A stretch of DNA of 62,612 nt, filler included, from Rhabdomonas costata (GCA_019059605.1; 38 parts of 38 records of this genome joined end to end with filler, not necessarily neighbours in it), one strand, 5' to 3'. Positions 1 through 10,803 are shown, counted from the first letter of the whole stretch. Translations and numbers: made by a program. The notes: generated by a model from the letters alone, not told the origin.

Positions 1-172
1 TTGTGGTTATAACGCACCTTCATCTCATTGTGCGTCCACGGTGGAACAGGGTGCTGAACAGATAAATGAGGATCCGACCGAGAATAGCAGGCTTATGGGG
101 GAGGGTACTAATTACGGGATTTAATAGCAGAATTGAATATTTTTTAATGTTAACTCATTTGGTAATTGAGAT

Positions 173-1222
173 ATGAAGTTGGAATACGTCATAGACAGAG
201 TCGATACTTTGGAAGCTGACTGGCAGCAGAAGTTTGCCGAGATGAAGGATGCCTTGACAGGCTTGCAGGAGGGGATCGGGTCTTTAAAGACTGTTGATCT
301 GACACATTTAAAAACCATCGAGTCAGGCGTGCAGGACCAAAAAGGGCAGCTTGCCGCTGTGACAGACTTGCAGGGGCAGATCGATCCACTGAAAACCGAC
401 CTTCAAGCGGTACAAGGGCGAGTTTGCACTTTGGATAGCGCACTCAATGACCATGCGGGACAGCTTGTTGGCGTACATACCAAATTGGAAGGTGTACGGA
501 CACGGGTTGATGCCGTTGAGGCTGCTGTGCGGGAACAGGATCATCGGCTTGCCAGTATAAATAATGCCATTACAACCCTGCAGAGGGATGCTTCAAGGAC
601 TTTTGATCTAACGCGTCTACTAGAGAGTAGGGTGGATGCACTAGAGGGACTCAAGAGCAGAGTAGATACGCTGGAGACATTGAAGGGTAGAGTAGACGCG
701 CTAGAGGGACTCAGGAGCAAAGTAGATGCATTAGAGGGACTGAAGGGTAAAGTAGAGACACTCGAGGGCAAATTTACGGAGTCTGGGAAAGTATTGCCGG
801 ATAGCAAGTACGCCCAGCCCACACCTAGTGTTGGGGCCTGGCATTCTGGCACCTTGTTGCCCGGAACTGGTAGCACAAAGCAAGACTCACCTCAAAGTAG
901 TGCCCCTGCTTACGCAGCGACGTCGAGCCAGGTTGATAGGGTCCCTACAGGGTTGGGGAGTGCCAACGCGGGGTTACCTATCCAGCAGGACAGCGCTGCC
1001 CGTGCCCAGCTGGTGACTGCGCCTGCAGCGCAAATGCAGTGGCCGCTGCCAGCTTTTGGGAGCATTAAGCCTACCTCTCAGCCCCATTATGAGGGCCTTT
1101 CTACCCAGCGACCATACAGTGCTGTCCCGTTGGCTCCCTCCCCATATCCTACAACTACGGCCATGCCATCTTCGACCATGGGTGACGCCAGGCCCTTGGT
1201 TTGGTACGAGAAGCATCTATAG
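173..1222 (+). CDS. Intronless 349-aa coiled-coil protein with Pro/Ser/Ala-rich tail; probably retroelement Gag/ORF1-like
   Basis: Long heptad region and repeated R-h-x-x-h-E motifs (RVDALE, RVDTLE); no introns; followed by LTR-homologous sequence. Confidence 0.6.
   Translation: MKLEYVIDRVDTLEADWQQKFAEMKDALTGLQEGIGSLKTVDLTHLKTIESGVQDQKGQLAAVTDLQGQIDPLKTDLQAVQGRVCTLDSALNDHAGQLVGVHTKLEGVRTRVDAVEAAVREQDHRLASINNAITTLQRDASRTFDLTRLLESRVDALEGLKSRVDTLETLKGRVDALEGLRSKVDALEGLKGKVETLEGKFTESGKVLPDSKYAQPTPSVGAWHSGTLLPGTGSTKQDSPQSSAPAYAATSSQVDRVPTGLGSANAGLPIQQDSAARAQLVTAPAAQMQWPLPAFGSIKPTSQPHYEGLSTQRPYSAVPLAPSPYPTTTAMPSSTMGDARPLVWYEKHL
629..770 (+). repeat. 30-bp coding tandem repeat (about 4.7 units) encoding RVDALEGLKS-type decads
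   Basis: RVDALEGLKS/RVDTLETLKG/RVDALEGLRS/KVDALEGLKG/KVETLEG visible in DNA and protein. Confidence 0.9.
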
Positions 1223-1239
1223 TAGGTAGGCGGGTTGAT

Positions 1240-1462
1240 TTAGAAAGCACAGCGCGTGGCGTTTCTGTGGAGTTTTCTCATCCACACCTGAGCGAGGCCC
1301 GCTAAGCCCACGCGCTGCTGCTGCGGAATTTGTACCTGGTGCCTAAGGTAAACATGGCAAGGTGCACATAGACGTTTGACTAGGAGGTGCGGTTGTACAG
1401 TTTGCCTTCGCCCGCGTGAGGATCCCGGCCGGGGCGCTGTCGTAAGTCCCGCGGCGGTTACA
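1240..1462 (+). mobile_element. Putative 3' half of an LTR, ending ...GGTTACA
   Basis: Short blocks (AGAAAGCAC, CCACGCGC, GTACCTGGTG..AAGGTAA, CGTAAG..CCCGC) are collinear with the LTRs at 36772-37208 and 37443-37867; by-eye alignment. Confidence 0.4.
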
Positions 1463-1551
1463 GAGGCTTTCTCCAGATCTCTATCAGCCTTCTTCGTTTG
1501 GCTCTGCGCTGTGCCTGACTGACTATGCTTATCTTGGCCATGCCCCACACA

Positions 1552-1651
1552 NNNNNNNNNNNNNNNNNNNNNNNNNNNNNNNNNNNNNNNNNNNNTTAAT
1601 TAATTAANNNNNNNNNNNNNNNNNNNNNNNNNNNNNNNNNNNNNNNNNNNN
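1552..1651. other. Artificial contig spacer (44N-TTAATTAATTAA-44N); first of 37 identical spacers about every 1650 bp
   Basis: Identical N-padded 12-mer giving stops in all six frames; flanking contigs are unrelated and near-identical in length (size-sorted concatenation). Confidence 0.99.
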
Positions 1652-2463
1652 GGGTGGGGGGGCTCAGCTGGGAGTCGTGGCACAGCGTCAGCGGAGGGGG
1701 TCTCCGGTGAAGAAGGGGTGGAGTGGACCTCCAACCGGTGCATGGCCGGAGGGAAGCCGAACGAAGGTGGGACAGGACGAGAGCTGCTGCTGCTTGGCTG
1801 CTCCGCCATTGTGGCAGGAGCGTCGGGAATACCAAATGCTAGAAACAGGACCTCCCTTCGCACCCTCGGAGAGACGAAAAAAATAAGGGCCCATCCACGC
1901 CCATCGACGCACTTGCAACGACCCCACCACCCATGCACGAGGGGCGAACAATTACCTGCGTCAGGCCAAGACTTAAACATGGCGGTTGGTGCGCACGGAA
2001 AGGCACGGATAGACTACCCCAAAGAAAAAGCAGAATCTGACGCAGGAACAGTATTGGACCATACTATTCGAGATGCCACAAAAGCAGCACCGTTGTGATT
2101 AAGGGCCATTGAAATACAAGCAGAATGCAGACCCAGTCACCGATCCACCCGTTGTATTTGCCTTTCATGCCATTCCCTGCGGGTGCCATGGGACCGTAAG
2201 TAGGATCGAACAGGGTTACCAAGCACATTGCAGGCAGGTGGTGCTCATTAACCCAAAGGCATGCACACTAAACACACACACAGACACAAGTGGTAGCGTG
2301 TGCGCAAAACAGGCAGAAAGTTATCTACACATGCAACAGAAGAACGGGAGAACTGAAATTACCTCCTCACCTCACACACGCCCAGCTCTCCCACACGAAG
2401 AGAAGAGGGGACGCGGCCGGTGCTGCATGCGGCGAAGCCAGGGGGCCCTCGAAGGGTACCCAC

Positions 2464-2938
2464 CTGTTTTTAGGCGTACTTGTTCCGCAACACCACGCTG
2501 GGGATGCCGGAGAGAACCTCGGACTGCTGCTGCTTGAGCTGCTGCAGGCATTGCATCATGGCAATGCCCTGGCGGGCCAGTGCCACGGCCTCCTGTGGTG
2601 GGAAACCAGCAAAGCAGTGAGTGAGTTAGTGGGTGAGCGAACGAGCGAGTGTGTATTGTGGGACAAAGTGAGGATGGATGTCACGGGGCAAAGGCGCAAT
2701 AACACAACACATAACGTTATCTGGTGGGCATGCCCGCACAGACGGGATGCCACCATGCAGTACCGCAGGGGTTGAAAAACGGGCGTTTGGGCCAGCCCTG
2801 CTGCTCCTCTTCCCTCTCCAGTGCTCCCTCTTCCGTCTCAATGCCACACGGGGGACCTGCTGCTTTTCCTGCTCCCGGGTACGGATCTGCTGAATCTTCG
2901 TCTCAAACTTGCGATGAGCCTCCTCCTCCTTCTCAGCT
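2464..2938 (-). CDS. Two exons (2857-2938, 2464-2592) of a Gln/Glu-rich coiled-coil hypothetical protein
   Basis: AG/GT-bounded and in phase: AEKEEEAHRKFETKIQQIRTREQEKQQ|EAVALARQGIAMMQCLQQLKQQQSE... Confidence 0.5.
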
Positions 2939-3403
2939 CTGTGAAAAAATTGCATTGCACGCTTTTAACTCATGCAGGGAGGGGGGCACAACGCGACGCA
3001 GAGTTGGGCAAGTACTGGAATACACAATACACAAAATTGAAAGCACGAACACAAATAATAGAACGAAAGCGGTGCGAAGGTGCTGGCAGCAGGCAGCAGG
3101 CATGGCCTGCCACATCTGCCGGTATCCAGACTTTCGAGAGGCGGAATACCATCGCCGCAAAAGAGTTCCGGTTGCCTCTGAAACGATTTCCCACACCCCC
3201 ACNNNNNNNNNNNNNNNNNNNNNNNNNNNNNNNNNNNNNNNNNNNNTTAATTAATTAANNNNNNNNNNNNNNNNNNNNNNNNNNNNNNNNNNNNNNNNNN
3301 NNGGGGGTGGGGAATCAGCACGAGCTATTCTCGCAACCGCTGCTGCTGCTCGTCATTATGTTGCTGTGGATATCTACTTTGTTCTTCAACTTCCTACACT
3401 CAG

Positions 3404-4278
3404 GATGTACTGGATCGTGCCCTTCTCGTGGACTCTGCAGGCGCTGATGTCTTCACAGTTCCATTGTCTTGGCGATAAATGCCCTCAGACCGTGGTGTGT
3501 CGGTGAGTCCTGACACACACCGCAAACAACTCGCAGGCAAAGATGGAAGTGCGTTTGTGCGTGAGATGAATAACGTCCGCTTTGCTGTCGCTCTCTCCTG
3601 TCTACACGCACCACGGCAACCTCAGAAAGGCCAGTACTCATTCAAAATATGCTGTGCTGTGCTTCCAATGATTCGAAGTTAGCGAACCCGAAACAGGCCT
3701 AAGATTGTTGGCCTCCAGAATTATCGGGCTGGTCATTTGACTCTCGATCGGAAACTGGTTTCTTGGTGGCTCGGTCGCTTGCTAAATTACTCATATTCTA
3801 CTCACCTTGAAAAATACAAACCCTAACCAAAACGTAATACCGATTTTGAAAGCCCCAGTTTACTCGGGGGGGCAACTGCCAACTGCCATCAAACTGTACT
3901 TCCAGATTTTGACGATCTTCATATCGGCAGCGTTGTTTGTTGTTCAAAATACTGTGCTTGACCAAGCTTAGTAGTGGTGAACCCTTTAGTTTCGCCCGCA
4001 AATGTTGGAACCCTTTTCCAAAAGCAGGTGACATCTGCGCGTCCAGATCTTCGTTTAGGATGCTTCCCTCTTTCTTTTGAGGGGGCGGGGGGGCGCAGTA
4101 TATCGATCCTACCACGGGTCAGGCGCACAACATCCACGTGTGGGAGGCCTTGCGGGATGAGTATGGCCTGCGGTACGAATGGCGGTGGGCCTGTGTCGGG
4201 GTTCTAGGGCTGGTCATCCTGCTGGTCCAGGTCGCCACCCTGCTGGGGCTTCGGTTTGTGTGCCACCTGAAAAGGTGA
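3404..4278 (+). CDS. PDR/ABCG-type ABC transporter, last two exons (3404-3494, 4099-4278)
   Basis: Spliced: MYWIVPFSWTLQALMSSQFHC...|...WRWACVGVLGLVILLVQVATLLGLRFVCHLKR*, matching the PDR C-terminal pattern (LRF.NHQKR); GT-AG intron 3495-4098. Confidence 0.8.
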
Positions 4279-4589
4279 CGGCGAGCAGCACTTCCGGCCA
4301 CGCTTGCTTCCACCAAGAGAGACAGAGAGAGAGGCACCGTCCTGCGAATCGCCGTTGACTCCACATCGATAATGCCCTTCACCTCAAAACCGCGAGGTCG
4401 AAAAACGTTTCCAACCCAAAGGACAGACACTTTGGAGGAGAAGAATGTCGTTTGTTTCCTGTATTGCCCAAAGTAGTGCGCGTGCAGTTGTTTTGTGATG
4501 AAATGGGATTTGGGGATTGAGTTTTTTAAACCTCAAAAGAGCTCCAGGGTGCAACGTAAGTTGGGGTTACCTGTGGCAACAATTTTTAC

Positions 4590-4846
4590 TATGGGAAAAC
4601 ATTTAAGAATGTTACCCAATTTTTAAAGAGCCCCCAGGTCACGTCCCCGCCCCAGCCGCCCACTCCGGCCGCGGCGCGGACTGGCCTTCGCCCCTAAACT
4701 ACTGCTGTCCTACTCGTCCGCCCGTATCCCAGCCATTGGCGAGTCCTCAGCCAGAGTAGTTTTCAGCTGCTAAGCAAAAATAAACATCTAGGGGGCACTG
4801 GCAAAGCTTACCTTACCTTACCTTACCTTACCTTACCTTACCTCAC
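4590..4846 (+). repeat. Interspersed repeat ending in (CTTAC)7 (4807-4841); inverted homolog at about 50110-50267
   Basis: GAGTCCTCAGCCAGAGTAGTTTTCAGCTGCTAAGC...GGGGGCAC matches the reverse complement of 50127-50186; similarity extends upstream. Confidence 0.75.
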
Positions 4847-5417
4847 CCAACCCNNNNNNNNNNNNNNNNNNNNNNNNNNNNNNNNNNNNNNNNNNNNTTA
4901 ATTAATTAANNNNNNNNNNNNNNNNNNNNNNNNNNNNNNNNNNNNNNNNNNNNGTTTTGTGGTGCATCATCTTGACAGAAGAATGCCCCGTTTTTGACCC
5001 TTCCCAGTAGCCATCCAAAATTTCGCCATGGAACGAGACTCCGGCCACGCGCGCCGAGACAACTGCTGGCTCCACGCTCCACGGGGGAAGACCTGGTTGA
5101 CGTGGGGACAGAGTTGCCTTCAGCCTAACGCGTAATCGAGACCAGCGTTTTAGACCATGATATGGATTCGAGCCCGACTTCCGTGCCTGACAGTATTCGT
5201 ACCAGTGTTTGCCCTTTACGCCCAACTCAGTGTGTGTCTGCGTGTACCTCGCCCGCCCAGCGTTTGAAACATGGCGATGTTTCCGCTTATATGGCCCATT
5301 CTGCCACCCCATTTTTTACTGGGGTGGGGGGATGATTGCCCTCCGTCTGGTTTGCTGACAATGACATCACGTGAGATTTTTTTGTGGGGTGGGGGTGGAT
5401 GGGGAGGTGGTTGAGTT

Positions 5418-6510
5418 TCAGTGTTCCTCGGTGAGCGTTCTTTTTTTGGAGCTGCGGTTACGTTCTTGAGGAAAATGTCGGCAAACCTCTACGAGAGCAG
5501 TTGCCATACCCCTTCGCAAAGACACACCCGCCTCCCCGAACCTCGAGAGCACATAGTACAAGTCGCATCCTGGAAATGCGGGAATGTCGATCAGCTTGCT
5601 TTGGGGGAGGGGGTTCGCTCTCCCGTTTTCATACCAGGTCATTGACTTGCTGAGCCTGTGCCGCCTCACAGGGAAGGCCGTCTCGGTGCAGAGCGTCATT
5701 GAGGTTTTGTTTTGGTTGCCCCAGTGTTGGGATAGGCTGCGTGACCACCAAAGGATTGTAATTTTGTGCGCGGTAAGCCCGGATCGAAATGTCGGGGAGT
5801 CGGTCCCTATCACCACCACCACCACCGCTGCAAGCATTGCAGCGGCCGTGACGAAGCATCTGCCACACTCATCATGACCATTTTCCGTCGAGTTCCCAAA
5901 CGGCGGCGGTCTGCTGCTGGGTGGGGGTGAGAAGTTAAGAACTGGACGCTGTGTTTCGAAAAGCCTGCTGTCTGAACAAAAGACCCAGGTTTGCTTCGGG
6001 TTAGCCCTCTGCTATTGAATTCCTCGATTATAGTAGACTGGTCTTATTCTTTATTTTCCTGTTTTTGGTTTAGCTTGAGGGGATGATTGGTTGAAGTGGC
6101 ACTATGGCGCCTGGCACGGCATTTTCATATGACAGCGCCGTTAATTCGCGGCTGTTGGATATAAGGGCCTGGACGCAACCATCCCTCAGACCCAGCTTTC
6201 TGACGTTTTTGCCCGGAATGTATGGTTTTCGGTTCTGGTTGCTTGTCAGTAGCCTCATTTTTACAGCTGACTCCGCGATACCATACACCAGGCGGTCAGC
6301 ATCCCATTGTCTCTGTTGGTACGCAGCGTCCCTTTGTCGCTGTTGGTCGTCCTCTTTCTGCTTTGACATAAAAGCAGCCAGCGGTGAATTATGGCTATGG
6401 AAACACGAGTTAGCTCTGATACTCTCACAGAAAAGCTCTCTGCCGTCTCTGCTGGCGGAGTCCTGCCTCGCAGCCAGTGGCTTGGGCGATGCGGATGAAC
6501 CCCCCACCAC
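5418..6510 (-). pseudogene. Decayed LTR-retrotransposon gag-protease-like region
   Basis: Frameshifted pieces: Cys/His cluster (ECGRC..HGRCNAC), NTGATKT resembling the DTGA protease motif, and RHRLSKSMTWYENG resembling RYPLHKKLTVRVANG in the pol at about 13000. Confidence 0.4.
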
Positions 6511-7434
6511 NNNNNNNNNNNNNNNNNNNNNNNNNNNNNNNNNNNNNNNNNNNNTTAATTAATTAANNNNNNNNNNNNNNNNNNNNNNNNNNNNNNNNNN
6601 NNNNNNNNNNTTGTGTTCAATTCCTTTCCCCGTTAGGAGAAGAATAATTATCTTCCACGTGTGTTCGCTTTGCAGAGTTGGGTTCACTTTTGCCTTTTCT
6701 CTATCGCAGCAAAAGTTTCAACTCACAAAGAAAACATCTTCAAGGTAGCAGCATCCACGGTCAGTTTTATTCCTTGGTCCAAGTGCAAATGAAATCTGCT
6801 TTCGAATTACTCTTATAACGCATCGCAGGTCAACCCCAACTTCCACCACCCCATCTCCATGTTGCCAGGGGGGGGGCTTCGGAAGACCATCATCTCTGGG
6901 CTGCATGTCACTCCGCCAACCAAAACTGCACCAGGCCCACACACATTTGGCTCGGCACTGAAGCCCCCTGTACTCGTCCTTGCGCGTGATCCCTGTGACG
7001 TCCTTGCTTGCATACATCTTTCTTTTACGTTCATGGGAGGAGGTTGCTATGGGTTGACATTTGGGGGTAGATCAGTTCTTCCAACCCTCGGTGGTAACCA
7101 AAAGGGGTAACGCAGTTTATTTTATATAGCTGTGGTGGGATCAATTTGCACGGATTACTGCGTGCGCATTTCAATGTTATTTTAGTTGGTGATCCCATCA
7201 TTGGGGTGGCGTCTCCCTCCCGGTCGCTCTTGTTTTTTTTCACACCTTTTGTTGTCGCCAATGCTGAACTCAAGACGCACTCTTCCCAAGCACGTCGAAT
7301 AAACGGGACACAAGTAGAGCAAGTAGAGCGGTTGTAATGGGGTGAGTTTGAAATCTCCACCCTCCAAATGGGCCCCTCCCGAATTTGCTCCGATGATCCC
7401 ATTCCTGGCGTTGGGGAGTGTGCTGGGAAGTGCC

Positions 7435-7751
7435 GGGGGGAGGGGGTGCGTTAAACGTTTAGCACTGATATAAGGTCATAAATTTACTAACCCCCCTCAA
7501 AATACAATGTTTTTGGCTTGGGTTATTGGGACAGTATATAAGTTTGTATACGGTTGTGTATTTTTGTGCGCGGACGAAAAAGACGGAGGAAAGCGGCACA
7601 CCTCACCCCATTTTGCTGAAATAAATGCACTTAGAGGTGGCTGACACACTTTACTTAATCCTGTGTCCTAAATGAGCATCCCGAAAAATATGTCCGATTC
7701 GCACTTTTGGCACGTTAAACGTTTGGCACTGCTAAACCTGCCCCTCCCCCC
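7435..7751. mobile_element. MITE-like element with GGGGGGAGGGG...CCCCTCCCCCC termini and subterminal palindromic motif
   Basis: 11-bp terminal inverted repeat; TTAAACGTTTRGCACTG motif near both ends; same motif at 13227-13556 and 47003-47030. Confidence 0.55.
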
Positions 7752-7821
7752 ACCAAATACAATTGTCCACTCGGGAATGCGTGGGGTCTTCCGTTCTCTG
7801 CTTGCGTCCAATTCCACGCAG

Positions 7822-7992
7822 ATGAGACAGCGGATCTTCCTCAATCGCGCCGACCACGTCATGCGGAAGTCCGACATAGGGTCCTCGGGTACCCTGTACT
7901 GCGGGAGATTTGTCGGCATGCCTCCTTCCGGCGGCGTTTGTAGCAAGGATGGCGGCGTGCAGTGCGAGGCGTGCCAGGCCTTGGGCAGAGAG
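7822..7992 (+). CDS. Exon with YCGR...C...QCxxC putative zinc-binding motif
   Basis: AG/GT-bounded; MRQRIFLNRADHVMRKSDIGSSGTLYCGRFVGMPPSGGVCSKDGGVQCEACQALGRE. Confidence 0.55.
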
Positions 7993-8340
7993 GTGCTGTG
8001 CTGGTGAAATAAGGGATGAAGAGGAACGCTTCTTTCTGCGGAAAAACCTGCTATTTTTCAAGTTCTAAACTCGGTGCCTGAAACGTAGTCCCAGCGCTGG
8101 CTTTTTTTTCCTGCTCGGTTATCACTGCTTGTTGTTTGCCCGTGTCAGGAAAAAAACACACNNNNNNNNNNNNNNNNNNNNNNNNNNNNNNNNNNNNNNN
8201 NNNNNTTAATTAATTAANNNNNNNNNNNNNNNNNNNNNNNNNNNNNNNNNNNNNNNNNNNNTTTTTTGCATTTTTCTTCAACGTGGCTTCAGGGGTGGCT
8301 ACACTGGTCTTTCAGAGAATGAAACCGTACTTTACCTCAG

Positions 8341-9215
8341 GTCCGATTGCCGAGCTGTCCGCAGAGTACGCTGTGGCTCACAACTTCACCCCAACGCACC
8401 TGAGGCACGTGGCGTACCCTGGCCCCACGCGGTACTGTGGGGCCTGGGTCGTATTCAAGTGGAGTTTCTGGACTTCCGCGGATGTGCTGAAGTTTGCCGA
8501 GTTCATTGCGCATAAGGGCCTGATTCATTACAATCGCCTGGGTGTGCTTTTTTTGCCCTGAATTTTTGCGAAAGCGAACCTGCAGTATCCTCGTGTCATA
8601 AACCGGTGCGCGCTGGCAAAACAGCGGACTGCCCTGTCTGACTTTTCCTGATGCATTTCCGGCGTAGAGTTTGCGAACTCTTTTTGGTTTGGTGTACAAC
8701 TCTTGCCTTGGGTTGTTGTCTGTGATGACGCAGGGCTCAGGGTTTCGGGAGCGGGCGCACTAGCAAAGAAGCTTGCATTAAAGTAGGCCGGGGCGTTGCA
8801 CAAAAAAAATAACAACTTGGCCACCTGGTCTCCCTGTCATGATTCTCTTTTTCCTCGAAGAACACTTTGAGGAACCAGTGCCTTCTATCCACCTTCATGT
8901 GTAGGCAAGCTGGCCTTCACCTCAACGTCCGATGCGGCCCGATGTGTTCTCTTCACTTACTTTGCTAGATTTCGCTGTGTCTCCTCAGGGGAGCAAACGT
9001 TGTACGCGTACATTTTGGGGCTGTTCGCGCCTGCGGAAGCGATCCATCAGTTTGGTGGGTTCGGGCCCTTCATCCACAAGAACCGTTTCTCCATTTGGCC
9101 CAGCAAAGGGGAACCGCCAACGGAATCTTCCTACGCCAGCGACCCGTACTGCGCAAAATGGGCCAGCGAGCACGTCAGCCTTTCCTCAGGATCATCCCAC
9201 AAACTGATCCCGTGA
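8341..9215 (+). CDS. Divergent GT15 (KRE2/MNT1-like) glycosyltransferase, last two exons (about 8341-8541, 8989-9215)
   Basis: Spliced SFWTSADVLKFAEFIAHKGLIHYNRLG|EQTLYAYILGLFAPAEAIHQF resembles GT15 FWRS..Y..YF..LD..GGFFYERWGDAPVHSIA..LF.P...IH.F; phase-1 GT-AG intron. Confidence 0.55.
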
Positions 9216-9977
9216 CCGCGAGTATGGTACCTCGCTAGTTTCACTCACATCGGTCGAAAGGCGAATGCTGTCGACGTTAGAAGTCCGTTTTGAGGCGCAC
9301 CTCTGGCACCTCTGGTTTTTGAGGGAACAGCTGATCTTCTGGCATCAGCCCAGTCCTCTACGTAAAAAGGAGGTTGGCTCTTAGCCCCTCCGCACTTTGG
9401 GTGGACAGACGTTATGAAGCCTGTTCCTCGGGTCTTCGATTGCCACAGCTGAGCTGTGGACGCCTGAATGTGGACTTGATAGTGACATTTTCGCAGTTGT
9501 CGACCCCTGAGATGACAAGCTGTCGACCAAGGGTGTTGACGTGGTGCTAAAACTACGTTTGTGAACTTTGGGTGAGGGGGTTGTGCGGGGGCCTCTTTTA
9601 ATTTGACACCCATTCTCCTACCCACTACTTTTTGGTGCAAAGACTTTGTGACAAAACCCGACCACTTTCCGCTTAATCAAATTTTGGCAGATATATATTA
9701 TTTCCAGATGTAATCGCCGGGGCTTTACATAGGAAAGAAGGAAATGCTTTGTTGTTAAATGTGGACAGTAGAAGGGGTGGAAAAGCCAGTAGCAACTTCC
9801 TTTCTGTCCTGTNNNNNNNNNNNNNNNNNNNNNNNNNNNNNNNNNNNNNNNNNNNNTTAATTAATTAANNNNNNNNNNNNNNNNNNNNNNNNNNNNNNNN
9901 NNNNNNNNNNNNTTTGGTTTGTTTTTGTCGATGTGCGGGGTGGATTTTTGGTATATTGGTTTGGTGGGCACGTTCAG

Positions 9978-10803
9978 CAAGAGGACGAAGAGGAGCTTCA
10001 GGAGCTGCTGATGGAGTACCGAGACCTGCAGGAGGAGCTGGAGCGCCTGCGGCTCAACGCAGAGCGCTGGGACGAGAAAACTCAGGTATTCCAGTACATG
10101 CCTCTCCAGTGCTTGCTTGGGATGAGTGTGGGTCCGCAGGGTGCACAAGCCAAAAAAAATCAGTTGACAGAGAACCGCAGATTGAGCCGGAACTTACGGA
10201 TGCTGTACAGTGGTCGCTCTTCCGCCTCACCCCTGGACGTTTGAGACATGTTGCGGCGCACACGAACACGTCAAACTCTCAGTTTCCAGTGGACAAAACG
10301 CTGCACAAGATTGTACAATATACATGAGCCGCCAGATATGGAATTGACTGGCCTGGGTGCAATGACCAGCCCGCAGCCGTTTCCTGAGCTTCGGTCTCAC
10401 AAAACACGACACGTGAAAATAAAACAGCAGCGTACATTGTTATCGGCGTTCCTTTCGTTTCCTTTTGCTTTCTCGCGTGGCTGCTTAAAACTGTGTGCCA
10501 GGCTAACCTTACCGTACTGAATTGTTTGAGCGAAGGGGGTCGAGATCATTTATTTCAGGGAGCTGCGCTTCCCTTCAGGCGGACAACGAAGAGTGGGATC
10601 ACCATCGTGAGGCCGAGGAGAGACTTCGTGAGGCCTTTGCGGAGCTGTGTGGGCCAACCGCGCCCTCGCCTGTGACACCCAGTGTGGCCCCTGCGCCCCC
10701 GTCTCCCGCTCCACCCACCGCGGAGTTCCCAGGTTTTGTGCCGGAGCAGGAAGAAGGCACCGTTCTCAACTTCCGCGACGTCGCCGAGGGCACGGGGGGA
10801 GAG
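9978..10803 (+). CDS. Multi-exon coiled-coil/Pro-rich hypothetical protein (clearest exons 9978-10085, 10579-10803)
   Basis: AG/GT-bounded GC-rich exons: QEDEEELQELLMEYRDLQEELERLR... and ADNEEWDHHREAEERLREAFAELCG... Confidence 0.55.

Noticed and set aside
4700-4775. CTGAGGA and GAAA on the minus strand suggesting a hammerhead ribozyme
   Set aside because: Core elements are not in a workable order with stems I-III, and the second copy has CTAAGGA.
4807-4841. (CTTAC)7 as a telomere
   Set aside because: The reverse complement is (GTAAG)n, not TTAGGG or TTAGG; better explained as a repeat tail.
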